This document shows, in pieces, positions 26,588 through 39,330 of a DNA stretch of 64,000 nucleotides; position 1 is the stretch's first letter; every line of letters starts with the position of its first letter. Position numbers and translations under genes: made by a program. Origin of the DNA: Octopus bimaculoides (lineage: Eukaryota); assembly GCF_001194135.2 (NCBI RefSeq), contig NC_068983.1:81304621-81368620 (forward strand). The letters run 5' to 3'. Below the pieces are notes generated by a model. The model had not been told where the DNA came from. It ran no database searches and saw nothing but the letters and a program-made list of their open reading frames with translations.

Positions 26588-26746
26588 TAATAATAATAAT
26601 AAATTCTTTCTACTATAGGCACAAGGCCTGAAATTTAGGGGGAGGGGGCATGTCAGTTACATTGCCTTCAGTACGTGACTGGTACTTGTTTCATCAACCC
26701 TGAAAGGATGAAGAGCAAAGTCAACCTCAGTGGAATCTCGACTCAG
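26588..26746 (-). mobile_element. SINE family C, 5'-truncated, with (AAT)n tail
   Basis: ttctttctactataggcacaaggcctgaaattt...gactggtact...aaggatgaagagcaaagtcaacctc. Confidence 0.8.
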
Positions 26747-26781
26747 TCTGGTGTTCTAACTATTCTGCCAGATTACCTTTT

Positions 26782-26832
<51 letters not shown>

Positions 26833-27034
26833 TCAAATTACGATAAACGTAAACAAAGAAACAAAGTTTGCTTTTAGAAGCGTTGAGATGTCCTAGAAAG
26901 TTAAAGAGCTGGCTGCCAACACTTTTTTCTGCAAAATAGGGGTAGCTTATCCTGTTCAGGCTATATTATTAGCATTATCCTGCATTTGAGAATGTAAAAA
27001 TTACTTCTTTAACTTAATAATAATAATAATAATA

Positions 27035-27592
27035 AATGTCCTGATGTAAAACCAGGCAGTGGCTCTCATGGCTTTTGATCTTAACTGATTGGAAGTGTTA
27101 CCACGTACATTTTTTTGTCTTGGTATAAAAGATGTGCTACAGCAAATATTCTGCTTAATACCACAGATTTGCTCATCAGTTGTTTGACCTTAACCATTTG
27201 AGCATGTCCCTTAGTAGCTGACGATATGTGCATCTCTGATCATGAGCAGAAGTAGTGGTGGAAGCATCATAGCCATGTGTTGAGAGGAATTCTTTGGGGT
27301 TTGGATAATTCACCTTTGGAAACATGGGCGTTTCATTCAACATCCTTAAGCAACCCTTATTCAGGGACCTTTTGAGTGGGATGGGCTACTCAACCTGAAG
27401 AAAATTCTAACTGAGCCCCACCTGCAAGGTCATGCGCTGTTAATCTTGATATGAGGTCACCATGTTGTGCACATATAGTTGTGATGCATGTGCCTGGTGT
27501 ACTCTTATCAGACAGGTAGTTAAGATGGGCATACTGGGCTTTGTATATTTTACCCCAGTGTCACTTTGATGGCATGCACTGCCCTCTCACTC

Positions 27593-27640
<48 letters not shown>
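27035..27640 (+). mobile_element. probable 3' end of a non-LTR retrotransposon embedded in (AAT)n
   Basis: About 560 bp of GC-richer non-coding sequence ending ...ctctcactc(AAT)n and preceded by (AAT)n. Identity as a LINE tail is inferred. Confidence 0.5.
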
Positions 27641-27641
<1 letters not shown>

Positions 27642-28603
27642 TTGGTTTCAAACTTTGGCACAAGACCAAAATAATAGTAATAATATTAATAATGGTTTCT
27701 AATTTGGACACGAAATTAGCATTTTTGTGAAGAGGGAGGGAGTTTGTCAACACCATCAACCCTAGCAATTAAATGGTACTTTAATGTATCATCTCTGGAG
27801 GGATGAAAACCCAAACTGACCTCAGCAGGATTTAAACCATCCTACTAATGATTCTGACAATCCATGACCCTTAAAATAATGATGATTATAACAATGGCAA
27901 CAGTAATAATATTGAATAAGTACAAAATCTAGGATTTTTAGAGAAAAGGCAACGAGAGGTTGTGACATACATTTTGTCTTCTTTTGTGTGCCTTTTCTAA
28001 AGATATTAACTGAAATAGAATTGAAACTGATTCATGGACTTGATTTGACAGTTTGTTACTACCCAATTGATTTGCCACTTACAATAGCCATGATGTATAT
28101 TTTTACCCCAATAATAGTACACATAGCTTAGCAAAAGTTAAATATGCCTAAAACACTGAACATCTTTTATCATTGTTTGTATTTTTCCCAAAGACATGAA
28201 AATCTAAATCTATTTTCTCTTTCAATTCCTAACAACTTACAAAATATAAATAATTCTGACATTATTCTCCAAGAAAAACTAAATAGTCTTTGCAATTTCT
28301 TCTCGATATTTCATCTATTTCCAATTTCTTTTAATTATAAAATATAGCAAACACAACTGAAAGGGAATAATGGAGAGAGTTCTAATTAATATTTCATGAA
28401 CTATGATAAGTCACAAAAACACAGAAACCTATATATATATATATATATNNNNNNNNNNNNNNNNNNNNNNNNNNNNNNNNNNNNNNNNNNNNNNNNNNNN
28501 NNNNNNNNNNNNNNNNNNNNNNNNNNNNNNNNNNNNNNNNNNNNNNNNNNNNNTATATATAATATATATACACATACATACATACATATATATGTATACG
28601 CTA

Positions 28604-28636
<33 letters not shown>

Positions 28637-29740
28637 GTGTGTGTGTACTTTTAGAATTAATCTTTCCTTGTGCTATATCCTTTTCTTACCTTTATTTTTT
28701 AAAAACTTTTTGGCTGTATCTACAGATTTTATTAATGAAAACTATGATTCCATTTGCTTAATCTCAATATATTAATATAAAAAATAATGTTCTACTGATT
28801 TCAGATGGTAATCCATTATTTAAGAAACTGAAGAATTCAACAGAAAATGTTCCAACACAACCAGTATGTGTTCTCAATCGATTTAGAAAGAAACATACTC
28901 CATGAAAACATGACTTTAGCAAATATACTATGACAAATGTGTGGGACAGATCATATGAAAGAGGTGAGTAAATAAATCATTAGTAGATGAAAATTCTGCC
29001 CAGGATAATAAAATCTGATGACAAAGTAAGATATTTGATAAACTAAACTGAAATAGATATTTTTTAAATGTCATGTTCACAGTAGGGTGTGTACAAAATA
29101 AATTTTGACATGTTGACATGTCAAAGTTTAATTCCTGTGTAGATAATATCTAAAATTGTATTAAAGAAATTCAAATTCTGTATTTTATATCATTGATTTA
29201 TTCATAGATACACAAACATGTATGTGCAAAAATTACAGAAAATTCCTAACGATTAATTTAGAATATTAATTCAAAGCTTATTATTACTAACCTCAGAATA
29301 AATACAAGTCAACTTACCAAATAGTTACTTGTACATGTTATGATCATAGCTAGGGTAACAACAAATGCTACTAAATCTTAACCTGGATAAAGAAACTTAA
29401 TTCTGATTTTGTAAATGATTTTACAGCACATAGAGAGACACACACATACTCTCTCCGTTTATTTACCTTGCCATATCTTAGAAAATTTTTCATGGAAAGA
29501 TGAGAAATTTTCATTAAAAATGTTATAGAATTTTTCAAAATTTCAAAGGGAATCATCATATTTTATAAGACACAAAATTGCAGAAGCAAATAAAAACAAT
29601 TACACCAGATAGAATTTTAAAATGGATACAGTATCTCCTAATTGCTAAGTAATTAAAGAGAAATAATACCTTAACTGAGAATAAGAGTTGGTTAAAATGT
29701 ATGAAGGCAATGTTTATGTGCTTATCTCTATTTTCTGTCT

Positions 29741-30130
29741 TTTACTTGCTTCAGTCATTAGACTGCAGCAATACCAGGGCACCACCTTAAAGAATTTTAG
29801 TCAAATGAGTTGATCCCAATACTTATTGTATTTTAAAGCCTAGTTACTTATTCTATCAGTCTCTTTTGTTGAATCACTAAGTTACATGGACATAAACACA
29901 CCAACACTGGTTGTCAAATAGTGGTGGTGGTAGTGGAGTAGGGTCAAACACAGACACAAAGCACACACACACATATGACAAACTTCTTTCAGTTTCCATC
30001 AACCAAATCCACTCACAAGGCTTTGGTCAGTTTGGGGATATCGTAGAGGGTGCTTCTCCAAAGTGCCATGCAATGGGACTGAACCCAGAACCATATGGTT
30101 GGGAGGCAAACTTCTTACCACATTGCCACA
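29741..30130 (-). mobile_element. SINE family A, diverged, near full length
   Basis: Collinear with 827-1232. Confidence 0.85.
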
Positions 30131-30802
30131 TCTTCACATCTCTACATAATTCCAATGCATTGAACTACTTTAATGGAGTAAGATGTCACAGAGCATGATA
30201 CGAAAAGATTATGAAGTAGATTCTTGAAGAAAAGTTGATGAATTTATAGAAGTAAATAACAAGGATTTGAAATGGCAACTTTCTGGTTTGCTATTAGTTG
30301 TGAGTCAATTAGTTGAACCCATTTAAGTTTCTGCAGGCTATTGATATTATCTTGGATTCAAGAACAAACAAAGGTTACTCAGTTTGATTTCTCATTGGAC
30401 AATTTAGTTAACAGAATAAATTCACTCCAACAACTCATGTCATGTAATATCACTGATGAATGAATGATTCGATACAAATATAGAGAGGGAAAATGAGACA
30501 TTCAGATAACACTCACTTAAGAAGTTATACCACAAAACCCTCAAAGTATGTATTGAGCACAGATTTAAAATCTACATGGAAATGGGAATATATAACTAGA
30601 CTGTGTTTTTAGAGACTGCCTAAAGACCAAAGAAATGATGCTGAACTTCATTACTATCTTCTAAATTTTTGGTTCTACTTCATAAGAAAGAATAATGCAT
30701 TTGAAAGATATGTAGTTAAATTAAGTAGAAAGTCGGAATATATCTTGACTCCTCCAAGTATAGCTTAATTGCAGGCTGATACTTGATTCAGCCAAACATA
30801 TA

Positions 30803-31006
30803 TAATAATCTTTTCCACTTTAGGCACAAGGCCTAAAATTTTTGGGAAGGGGGCCAGTCGATTAGATCGACCCCAATATACAACTGATACACTTAATTTA
30901 TTGACCCTGAAAGGATGAAAGGCAAAGTCGATCTCGGCAGAATTTGAACTCGGAACATAAAGACAGACAAAATACCGCTAAGCATTTCTGCCAGCTCACC
31001 GCCTTA
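30803..31006 (-). mobile_element. SINE family C
   Basis: The minus strand starts TAAGGCGGTGAGCTGGCAGAAATGCTTAGCGG and ends in an (ATT)n tail. Confidence 0.85.
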
Positions 31007-31075
31007 AACATATATAATATCATGACAGTATGTAAGAAATGAATATGTTTAAAAGAATTCTGTCCATCATCAAAA

Positions 31076-31157
31076 ATTACAGGGGATGCTAACACACTGA
31101 CACCAATTGTCAAGCAACAGGTGGGGGACAAACACATGCGGATGGATACACATGCTT

Positions 31158-31204
<47 letters not shown>

Positions 31205-31325
31205 GGGCTTCTTCCAGTTTCTGTCTACTAAATCCACTCCTGAGGCTTTGGTTAACCTGAAGCTATAATAGAAGATATTTTCCCAAGGTGCCACACAAGT
31301 GCTTCTTACCATACAACCATGCCTG
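31076..31325 (-). mobile_element. SINE family A, partial
   Basis: ggggacaaacac...(TA)n...gggcttcttccagtttctgtctactaaatccactc...cccaaggtgccac. Confidence 0.75.
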
Positions 31326-32141
31326 TGCCTATTCAAGAATTTAACAGTTATGTATTTAGTTACAAAATAAACAAATTGTTTTGTCTCAGGTTAATCCCGA
31401 TTAAGAAGAATGTGATTAAAGGCATTTCAGCTAAGACCATCTTGCTTTTTGTAGACTGAGAAAAACATTGCCAGTACCTCATTCCTATTTCAAAATGGTA
31501 GGATGTAATTTGCAGAAATTTGGTAAATGTTTCTAGCAAGCCAAACAATTGTATAGAAGTTCCCTGATTAGTTCTTCAGTTAGGTAGGGCTGATTTTATA
31601 GTTCCAACTGAATGGGGCATAGCTCTGCATGATGTTTTTCTTAACAACGTCAATACTTGTCTATAAAAAATACATGCAGACTGATACAAATTAATACAAG
31701 ACGGAAAACAGTTTGTAAAAACATGTTTAAATTATGAGAGAAATGGCTTTTTTTTTATGAGTAGCTTTTAGTTAGGTCATAGCTGTGAGGTTTAGTGATA
31801 ACATTTAGAACATATTAAAAAAGACCTTTTACAGACAAAAACAGTTTTTTTTTCTATTTTTGATGGGTAAGAGTGGGTAAAATATAGCTTTATAATCATT
31901 TGCAAACATGAAAATATAAATATTTATAAACTGAGTTAAACACTTAATTTTCAACATCAATAGAATAAGAATTTTCTTCTCTTTACAAGGTCAAGTTTTG
32001 TACAAAGACCATATGATAAGCTGAATTACTACAACTATTTGTAATACACCAGAAGAATAAAAGACATGATTGACCTTGGGAAAATTTAAACTTAAGATTT
32101 ACAATGCATTTCTGTCAACAAAATACTCAAATGATATATTA

Positions 32142-32189
<48 letters not shown>

Positions 32190-32234
32190 GTAGTAGTAGT
32201 AGTAGTAGTAGTATTATTAGTATTATTATTTTTA

Positions 32235-33520
32235 TTTCGTCTATCTTTACGCTCTGAGTTCAAATGCCGCTGGGGTGGTCTTTGCCTTTCATCCTCTCCG
32301 AGTCGATTAAATTAAGTACCAGTTACGCACTGGGGTTGATGTAATAGACTGGTCCCCTCCCCCAAAATTTCAGGCCTTGTGCCTATAGTCGAAAGGATTA
32401 TTATTATTCTTCTTATTATTATCATTGTTATTATCATTATTACTATGGCAATGTGATGGCAGAATCATTAGCAAGCTGGACAACATGCTTAGCAACATTT
32501 TGTCTGTCTTTACATCCTGAATTCAAATGCTGCTGAGATTGACTTTGCCTTTCATCCTTTCGGGGTCAACAAATTAAGTACCAGTGAAACACTGGGGTCG
32601 ATGTAATCAACTCATCCCCTTCCCCAAAATTGCTGCCCTTTGAAACCATTATTATCATTGCCAAGGTTGATTTTGCCTTTCATTCTTTCAGAGTCTATAA
32701 ATTAAGTACCAGTGAAACACTGGGGTCAATGTAACTGACTTCTCCCCATTCTGCAAACTTGCTGCCTTGTGCCTTTAGTAGAAAGGATTATTATTATTAC
32801 CATTATTAACAAGGTAAGCTGGCAGAATCATTAGTATGCCAGACAAGTACTTAGTGGCATTTTGCCTGTCTTTGTGCCTATAACAGAAAAGACTATTATT
32901 TTTATTATTATTAAGGCAGAATTGTTAGCACACCATGCAAAATATTTAACAGACTTTCATCCATATTGACATTCTGAGTTCAAATTCTGCCAATGCTGAT
33001 TTTGCCTTTTGATGAAAATAAGTATCAGTCGAGCTCTGAGGTCGATGTAATTGATTTACCCCCTCCCCTAAGTTGTTGGCCTTGCACCAAAATTTGAAAT
33101 CATTATTATTATTATTATTATTTTTAATACACAGATTTGAGAAAAATTCCTAACGTTGGACTACAGTAAGTAGCCTTAGATGCCAAAAACCTTTCTAAGT
33201 ATCCTAGCTGTCCCTAATAATACTGTTTTCTGGAGCTGCACTAAACCAAGTTTTATACCGATTTTCACTATTTATCAGAGATAGATATTACACTTATTAT
33301 TATTTTAAGGCAGCGAGCTGGCAGATTCATTATCATGCTGGATGAAGTGCTTAGCAGTATTTCATCTGCCGCTATGTTCTGAGTTCAAATTCTGCCGAGG
33401 TCGACTTTGCCTTTCATCCTTTTGGGGTCGATAAAGTACCAGTTACACACTGGGGTCGATGTAATCGACTATCTCCCTCCCCCAAATTTCAGGCCTTGTG
33501 CCTGTAGTAGAAAGAATTAT
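32235..33520 (+). mobile_element. cluster of six same-orientation SINE family C copies separated mostly by (ATT)n
   Basis: Repeated gagttcaaat..., tttgcctttcatcc..., aagtaccag..., cactggggtc... and ccttgtgcc...(ATT)n units at about 32235, 32445, 32660, 32811, 32913 and 33305. Confidence 0.9.
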
Positions 33521-34926
33521 TTATTTCACACTTGGTAAAACAGCAGACAATAGAAAAAAAAAAAAGGACAAAGTGCTAGCTCTCATCACTCACATTCGGA
33601 ATTAAAATCACAACCAAGGTCAAACCTGCCTTCTGGGTCAATAAAATGTTAAGTATGGGAGTCAGTTTTATCAACTGTTCCTTCCCTTAAAATGTGTGGC
33701 CGTGTGCTCATGTTGGAAACTACCATTATTATAATTACAAATAATTGTGATGATGTATCAGTGAAATCAAGCTCTTTGAAAACACTTATGTTACACTCCT
33801 GGCATTAATATCTAATTATTCTCTCTGTCTTTCATTTAACTGTAGTTAGGTATCATATGGAATAAACAACTTTATTTTAATATATTGCAAGGAAGAGATG
33901 TCAAACAGGCTAAACTGACCAAAATATTATAGCATTATAAGAAATAAAATAAAATAAAAAGTAACATTCTTTATATATGGAAGCCAGTATGCTGCAGGAT
34001 AAGCAAATAAATTTTCTTGAGTATGCCTGTATGTATATATATATATATATNNNNNNNNNNNNNNNNNNNNNNNNNNNNNNNNNNNNNNNNNNNNNNNNNN
34101 NNNNNNNNNNNNNNNNNNNNNNNNNNNNNNNNNNNNNNNNNNNNNNNNNNNNNNNNNNNNNNNNNNNNNNNNNNNNNNNNNNNNNNNNNNNNNNNNNNNN
34201 NNNNNNNNNNNNNNNNNNNNNNNNNNNNNNNNNNNNNNNNNNNNNNNNNNNNNNNNNNNNNNNNNNNNNNNNNNNNNNNNNNNNNNNNNNNNNNNNNNNN
34301 NNNNNNNNNNNNNNNNNNNNNNNNNNNNNNNNNNNNNNNNNNNNNNNNNNNNNNNNNNNNNNNNNNNNNNNNNNNNNNNNNNNNNNNNNNNNNNNNNNNN
34401 NNNNNNNNNNNNNNNNNNNNNNNNNNNNNNNNNNNNNNNNNNNNNNNNNNNNNNNNNNNNNNNNNNNNNNNNNNNNNNNNNNNNNATGCGTTTGCTTACA
34501 CATGTGTGCACATATATACATACAAACACAAGGGAACGAAAGTTTATAATGAAATAAAAAGAAGGCAAAGAAGAAAGGGAAAAAGACAATAAGGAGAAAA
34601 GAAGTGGAGACAATTACAAGCTCACACAAGAAATCACACCCACTGACATTATTAAATACACAGGAGGTCTTAGGTTTTGATAGAGATGGAGGGGTGCAGC
34701 TAGACAGGGATGAGGAGACCTACCTCCCCTCCATGCTCAGTTTGGCATGAAAGATAGGAATTATTCACCCACCTCAAGGAATAAGCTTGCAGGAGGCGGT
34801 ATATGTTAAATAAGAACAAGAGGAGGAACTTAAGTTCCTTTTATAGAGTGAAACCTTTACTTATGCATGAATAGAAACTTTATCCCTGAGGTTAACTCAT
34901 CTCTGCTAGTGTGTGTGTGCATGCTC

Positions 34927-34974
<48 letters not shown>

Positions 34975-35001
34975 NNNNNNNNNNTGTGTGTGTGTGTGTG
35001 T

Positions 35002-35038
<37 letters not shown>

Positions 35039-35949
35039 AGTGTGTGTGTGTGTAATGCAGAGCCTCAATACAATGCACAATGGTGGACCCTATTATTGTT
35101 AGACCACTGGTTTCTGCATAAATGTTTAGCAAGCTGTTATATTAGGCATTGAAAAGTCTTAGGAAAATTGTCAAAAATAAAGTAAAGAAATGTTGTTGTT
35201 AAAGAATATTAGTCAATGTTTTGTATTTAGACCATGTTGTTCTTGGTGTTCTAATATTTTTTACTCTAATTATTTGCAGAGCTTAATTATAAAGAAAGAA
35301 GTTAAAAGAACTACACCACTAAGAAAATGAATTATGATATGTAACTGTAATGTAATTAAGAAAACAAGTTGATATAACCTCAATATTTCTAAGAAAACAA
35401 ATTATGAAATAAACTTAATATTGCATGAATGATGACAACGACTATGATGATGACAACGACTATGACAATGACAACAACAACAACAATAATAATAGATAGA
35501 AAGTAAGAAATTAAAATTGATGATGATTCCCACCAACAGAATGACAATATTTCATGAAACTTATGTCTCCACAATGATAAAATATAAATCTGTTACAATA
35601 TCCATTTTGATTTAGAAATAGATGGTGATTAATCTTGTGCTTGTAGCTCACTTTACGAAACATAGAAAAGAGGGGAAAAAAAAAAGAAAAATATGATTAT
35701 ATTAGTCTCATCTGATTTCTCATTCCACCAAGTTCAGAAAATTTTTTTTGTTTATTTTTTTTTTTTACATGTTATCAGGTCTAGAAATATCCTCTTGGAA
35801 CAACTTCAAACAAAAAACCATAACAAGAGACTATTGATGGGTAGCCCCCATATCTTTATAAACTTAAACTTCACTGTCACTCTCAAGTGAGTATCACCTA
35901 GTAGCTTTACCACACTTTCACTAATTGCATTCAGTGCTTATGTAGTCAC

Positions 35950-36190
35950 AAATGGACACAGACTCCCACCTGGTATTCCCAACTGTGATGAAGTAGAACA
36001 TCAAAGATGTGACAGCTAAAAGGAAAGAGGACTGCATCAGCACTAGGTTAGTACTCATTTACAACTGAGTAAACTGGAATAGCATGAAGTGATGTGCCTC
36101 ATTCAAGGACACAATGTGCTATCCAGTCCAGAGGCTGAACCCACAACCTTATGATTGTGAGTCCAACAGTCAGTTGGCCACATGCCTTCA
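35950..36190 (-). mobile_element. old tRNA-SINE carrying a Deu/Nin-like core motif
   Basis: The minus strand has a tRNA-like head, then ttgtgtccttgaatgaggcac...ccagtttactcagttgtaaatgagtac. The superfamily assignment is recalled, not verified. Confidence 0.5.
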
Positions 36191-36723
36191 CAGGCCAAAT
36201 AGCCACAAACGAGGCCCCTTCAGCAAAGACATTCCAGTTATAACTAACCCATATTTTTTGTATGATTATGGGTTTCTAAAACTGCATCATCTTAATAAAC
36301 CACTTAAACTAACAAGGTCAATCAGCAGACGTTTAGTTTGCTAAACGAGATCAATTAGCAGATTGTTTGGTTTTTAACAATACCTTTTGCTTAGGATTGT
36401 TTTTGTTTCCCCCTACATAAGCCAAGGACAAGAAGATCTATCTTCAAAGGACTACATGAGACTATTTAGTATTCACAGACCATGTTAGACAACAGATTTC
36501 TACCTTTTTGAAGATAGGTGAGTGATATTTGACAGAGATTTTGCAGCTCTATCTATAAGCAACCACATAAAGATTCTACGTGAAGCAACTAAATAGGGGA
36601 CCCTTTGTTGGTTCATCTCCTCAGGGTTAATGTTGTTGCACAGTTTCAAGTTAGCCCTGACTGAGGAGGCATATGATCAAAAGCTTGACCATCCCAAATT
36701 TTTGTTTGATTTTTGTGGTATCT

Positions 36724-37108
36724 CATCGTTGGCACTCCATCGCTTATAACGTCGAGGGTTCCAGTTGATCCAATCAACGGAACAGCCTGCTCGTGAAATT
36801 AACGTGCAAGTGGCTGAGCATTCCACAGACACGTGTACCCTTAACATAGTTCTCGGGGATATTCAGCGTGACACAGTGTGACAAGGCTGACCCTTTGAAT
36901 TACAGGCACAACAGAAACAGGAAGTAAGAGTGAGAGAAAGTTGTGGTGAAAGAGTACAGCAGGGTTCACCACCATCCTCTGCTGGAGTCTCATGGAGCTT
37001 TAGGTGTTTTTGCTCAATAAACACTCACAGCACCCGGTCTAGGAATCGAAACCGTGATCCTATGACCGCGAGTTCGCTGCCCTTACCACTGGGCCATTGC
37101 GCCTCCAC
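36724..37108 (-). mobile_element. SINE family B, full length with 12-bp TSD
   Basis: Reverse complement of the 17788-18175 type. TSD TTTGTGGTATCT at 36712-36723 and 37109-37120. Confidence 0.92.
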
Positions 37109-37654
37109 TTTGTGGTATCTATAAATGCATTATCTAACATAACATTCTCTTCTCTTAAGACACTAAGTGATGTACAAGAACGGTTTGACTGTTATTTCTA
37201 GCTGGTTTAGTGACTATGCAGAGGTTTCCTTGTTTGCTAACTCAGTAGCAAGGTTCTCTCTTTTGGTGGCTGAATGTTTCGATGTAAGATGCACATTGCA
37301 TGTTGTAGTCAACACAGCACATGAGAAGATTGTTTTGTGGTAGACTCACATACTCCCTAAATGTGTGTGTGTGCGTGTTCATGCATATGTGTATAAGCAA
37401 GCACTAACAGAATGATACACATGTTCATAAGTGGGATTAATAGGTCTATGATAGTTATTCAGGCTGAGTAAACTAAGTGAGACCGAGATTAAGGTAGATG
37501 CTCACCAACAAACCAAAGCAAAGCATCAAACCTTACATTGTAATATGCAGCTTCCTGTTTTCAGTGCGTCTACATCATATTTTAACATGTTCATTGATAG
37601 TTATATATCTTCATATCTTGAAATTTTTTATTTTCTAACTATTTTTGTCATTAA

Positions 37655-37875
37655 CCCTTTAGTATTCAGATTATTTTGTCAAGTGTAATGCTTATTTATT
37701 TATGTTGATTTAAATAACTCATGCATTATCTTGTAGCTTTGAGATTTTGATGATGTTATTGTTTATTTTTAGCATGGTGTTGTAAGATTAATGTAAGAGG
37801 CTGGATCCAGTCAGTTTGAATGTAAAACAGGTAGAATATTTTGGGCCGGATATGGCCGGTTTAAATGCCAAAGGG
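37655..37875. mobile_element. piggyBac-type MITE, type A, with TTAA TSD
   Basis: TTAA|CCCTTTAGTATT ... AATGCCAAAGGG|TTAA. Confidence 0.9.
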
Positions 37876-38689
37876 TTAATCTCACTCCTCAAAATCCTTT
37901 TTCTCTTGCTCTCAGCATTTTCTATTCTTGTATTTGATTATCATTTTCCTTTCTCAATTACATTCTCACCTCAGCATAAAAAAAAAAGCTATTAGCTTAG
38001 ATTTGTTATTAGAACTTCCTAACTCTAGATCTGTGCTTCTCAACATTTTTTTAAGTACTGCTCATTTTAACTAACACTTTTTCAGCATCCACTTGTTATA
38101 ATTCAACAAAATTAAACATACCACAAAAATACAGCTGTCAACAGGTTGATCATTAAAAATAATTTGCATACAAGACAGTTCATCATTATGAAATGTTCAA
38201 ACAATATTTTGACCAATAATATTACTGGATTTTTGAAAGTTAGTGTAACTGAAAGATGCATTTATCACTCCCAATCACCCATCTACAGCATCCTTTGTCT
38301 CAGAATTCATAAAAAAAGTTCCAAGGGGCGGTACTACCAATTTTTAGAAGTACTGCTTTAGATACTCCTAGCATGCATTCCACCATCACACCAACTTCCA
38401 ATGATATTGAATTTGATAAACTGCATATAATTTAGTCGTAAGCAGAAACTGAATGAGAAAAATTGAATCCTCTGTGTACTCTAAATATTTACAGAGTTTC
38501 AAAAGTCTAAAAGTTTAGGTTACAGAAACATAAATATAAAACACAAAAGTTAAGCTTGCAAATTGATTATTTTGTTCGATAAATGTTGGTTTCTTGGAAA
38601 ATATAAAAAAGTAAAACTCAAAAATAATTTTTTTTAAACAGCCACCTTCTTCAATACTGCTTCCCCCACCTCAGTTGCGGGGTCTTGTC

Positions 38690-38915
38690 TTGTAAGTTAT
38701 TTATTTAGTGACTACATCGTTGCTGGTGCCTCATAAAAAATACCTAGTACACTTTATAAAGTGGTTGGCATTAGGAAGGGGATCCAACTGTAAAAACCAT
38801 GCCAAAGCAGACAGAGAGTTTAGTACAGTATTCTGAGTTGCCAGTTCCTATCAGACCATCCAACCCATGCCAGCATGGGAAACAGATGTTAACTGATAAT
38901 GATGATAATGATGAG
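38690..38915 (+). mobile_element. degenerate RTE LINE 3' end
   Basis: gtggttggcattaggaaggggatccaactgtaaaa...ccaacccatgccagcatgg then a (GAT)-like tail. Confidence 0.7.
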
Positions 38916-39034
38916 ATATTGTTATAATGTTTATTATATTTAAAAAAAACTCAAACATGTACAGACTAATAATTTTCTCTTTCTCCCTCCTCACCCCTGC
39001 TTCTCTCTCGGTGTATCTGTGTGTGTGAATCTGT

Positions 39035-39330
39035 GAAGGTGCATGGTGCCAAGTGCTAGGGTGTTCAGCTCATGATCAAAAGGCCATTGGTCTAATTCCT
39101 GCACTTGGTGGCACACAGGTACATTTTCCCACGTTACTCAAGTCTACTCAGCTGTAACAAACACAAGCCCAGAGTTGGTTCAGCAGTCTCTTCCTCCAGC
39201 TTTCACATCCTCAATGTTCAGCTGGATGAAGTATAAGACGGCCAAGAGACTGTACATGCTCATGACTACACAGGCACCTACAACATTCAGCAAAGGCATA
39301 GTGCATGTGTGTTACTAAGTGATTCTCACT
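39035..39330 (+). mobile_element. old tRNA-SINE with the same core as 35950-36190
   Basis: aaggtgcatgg...caagtctactcagctgtaa. Confidence 0.45.

Noticed and set aside
32235-33520. CRISPR-like repeat array
   Set aside because: The units are 100-200-bp SINE copies with irregular spacing in a eukaryotic context.
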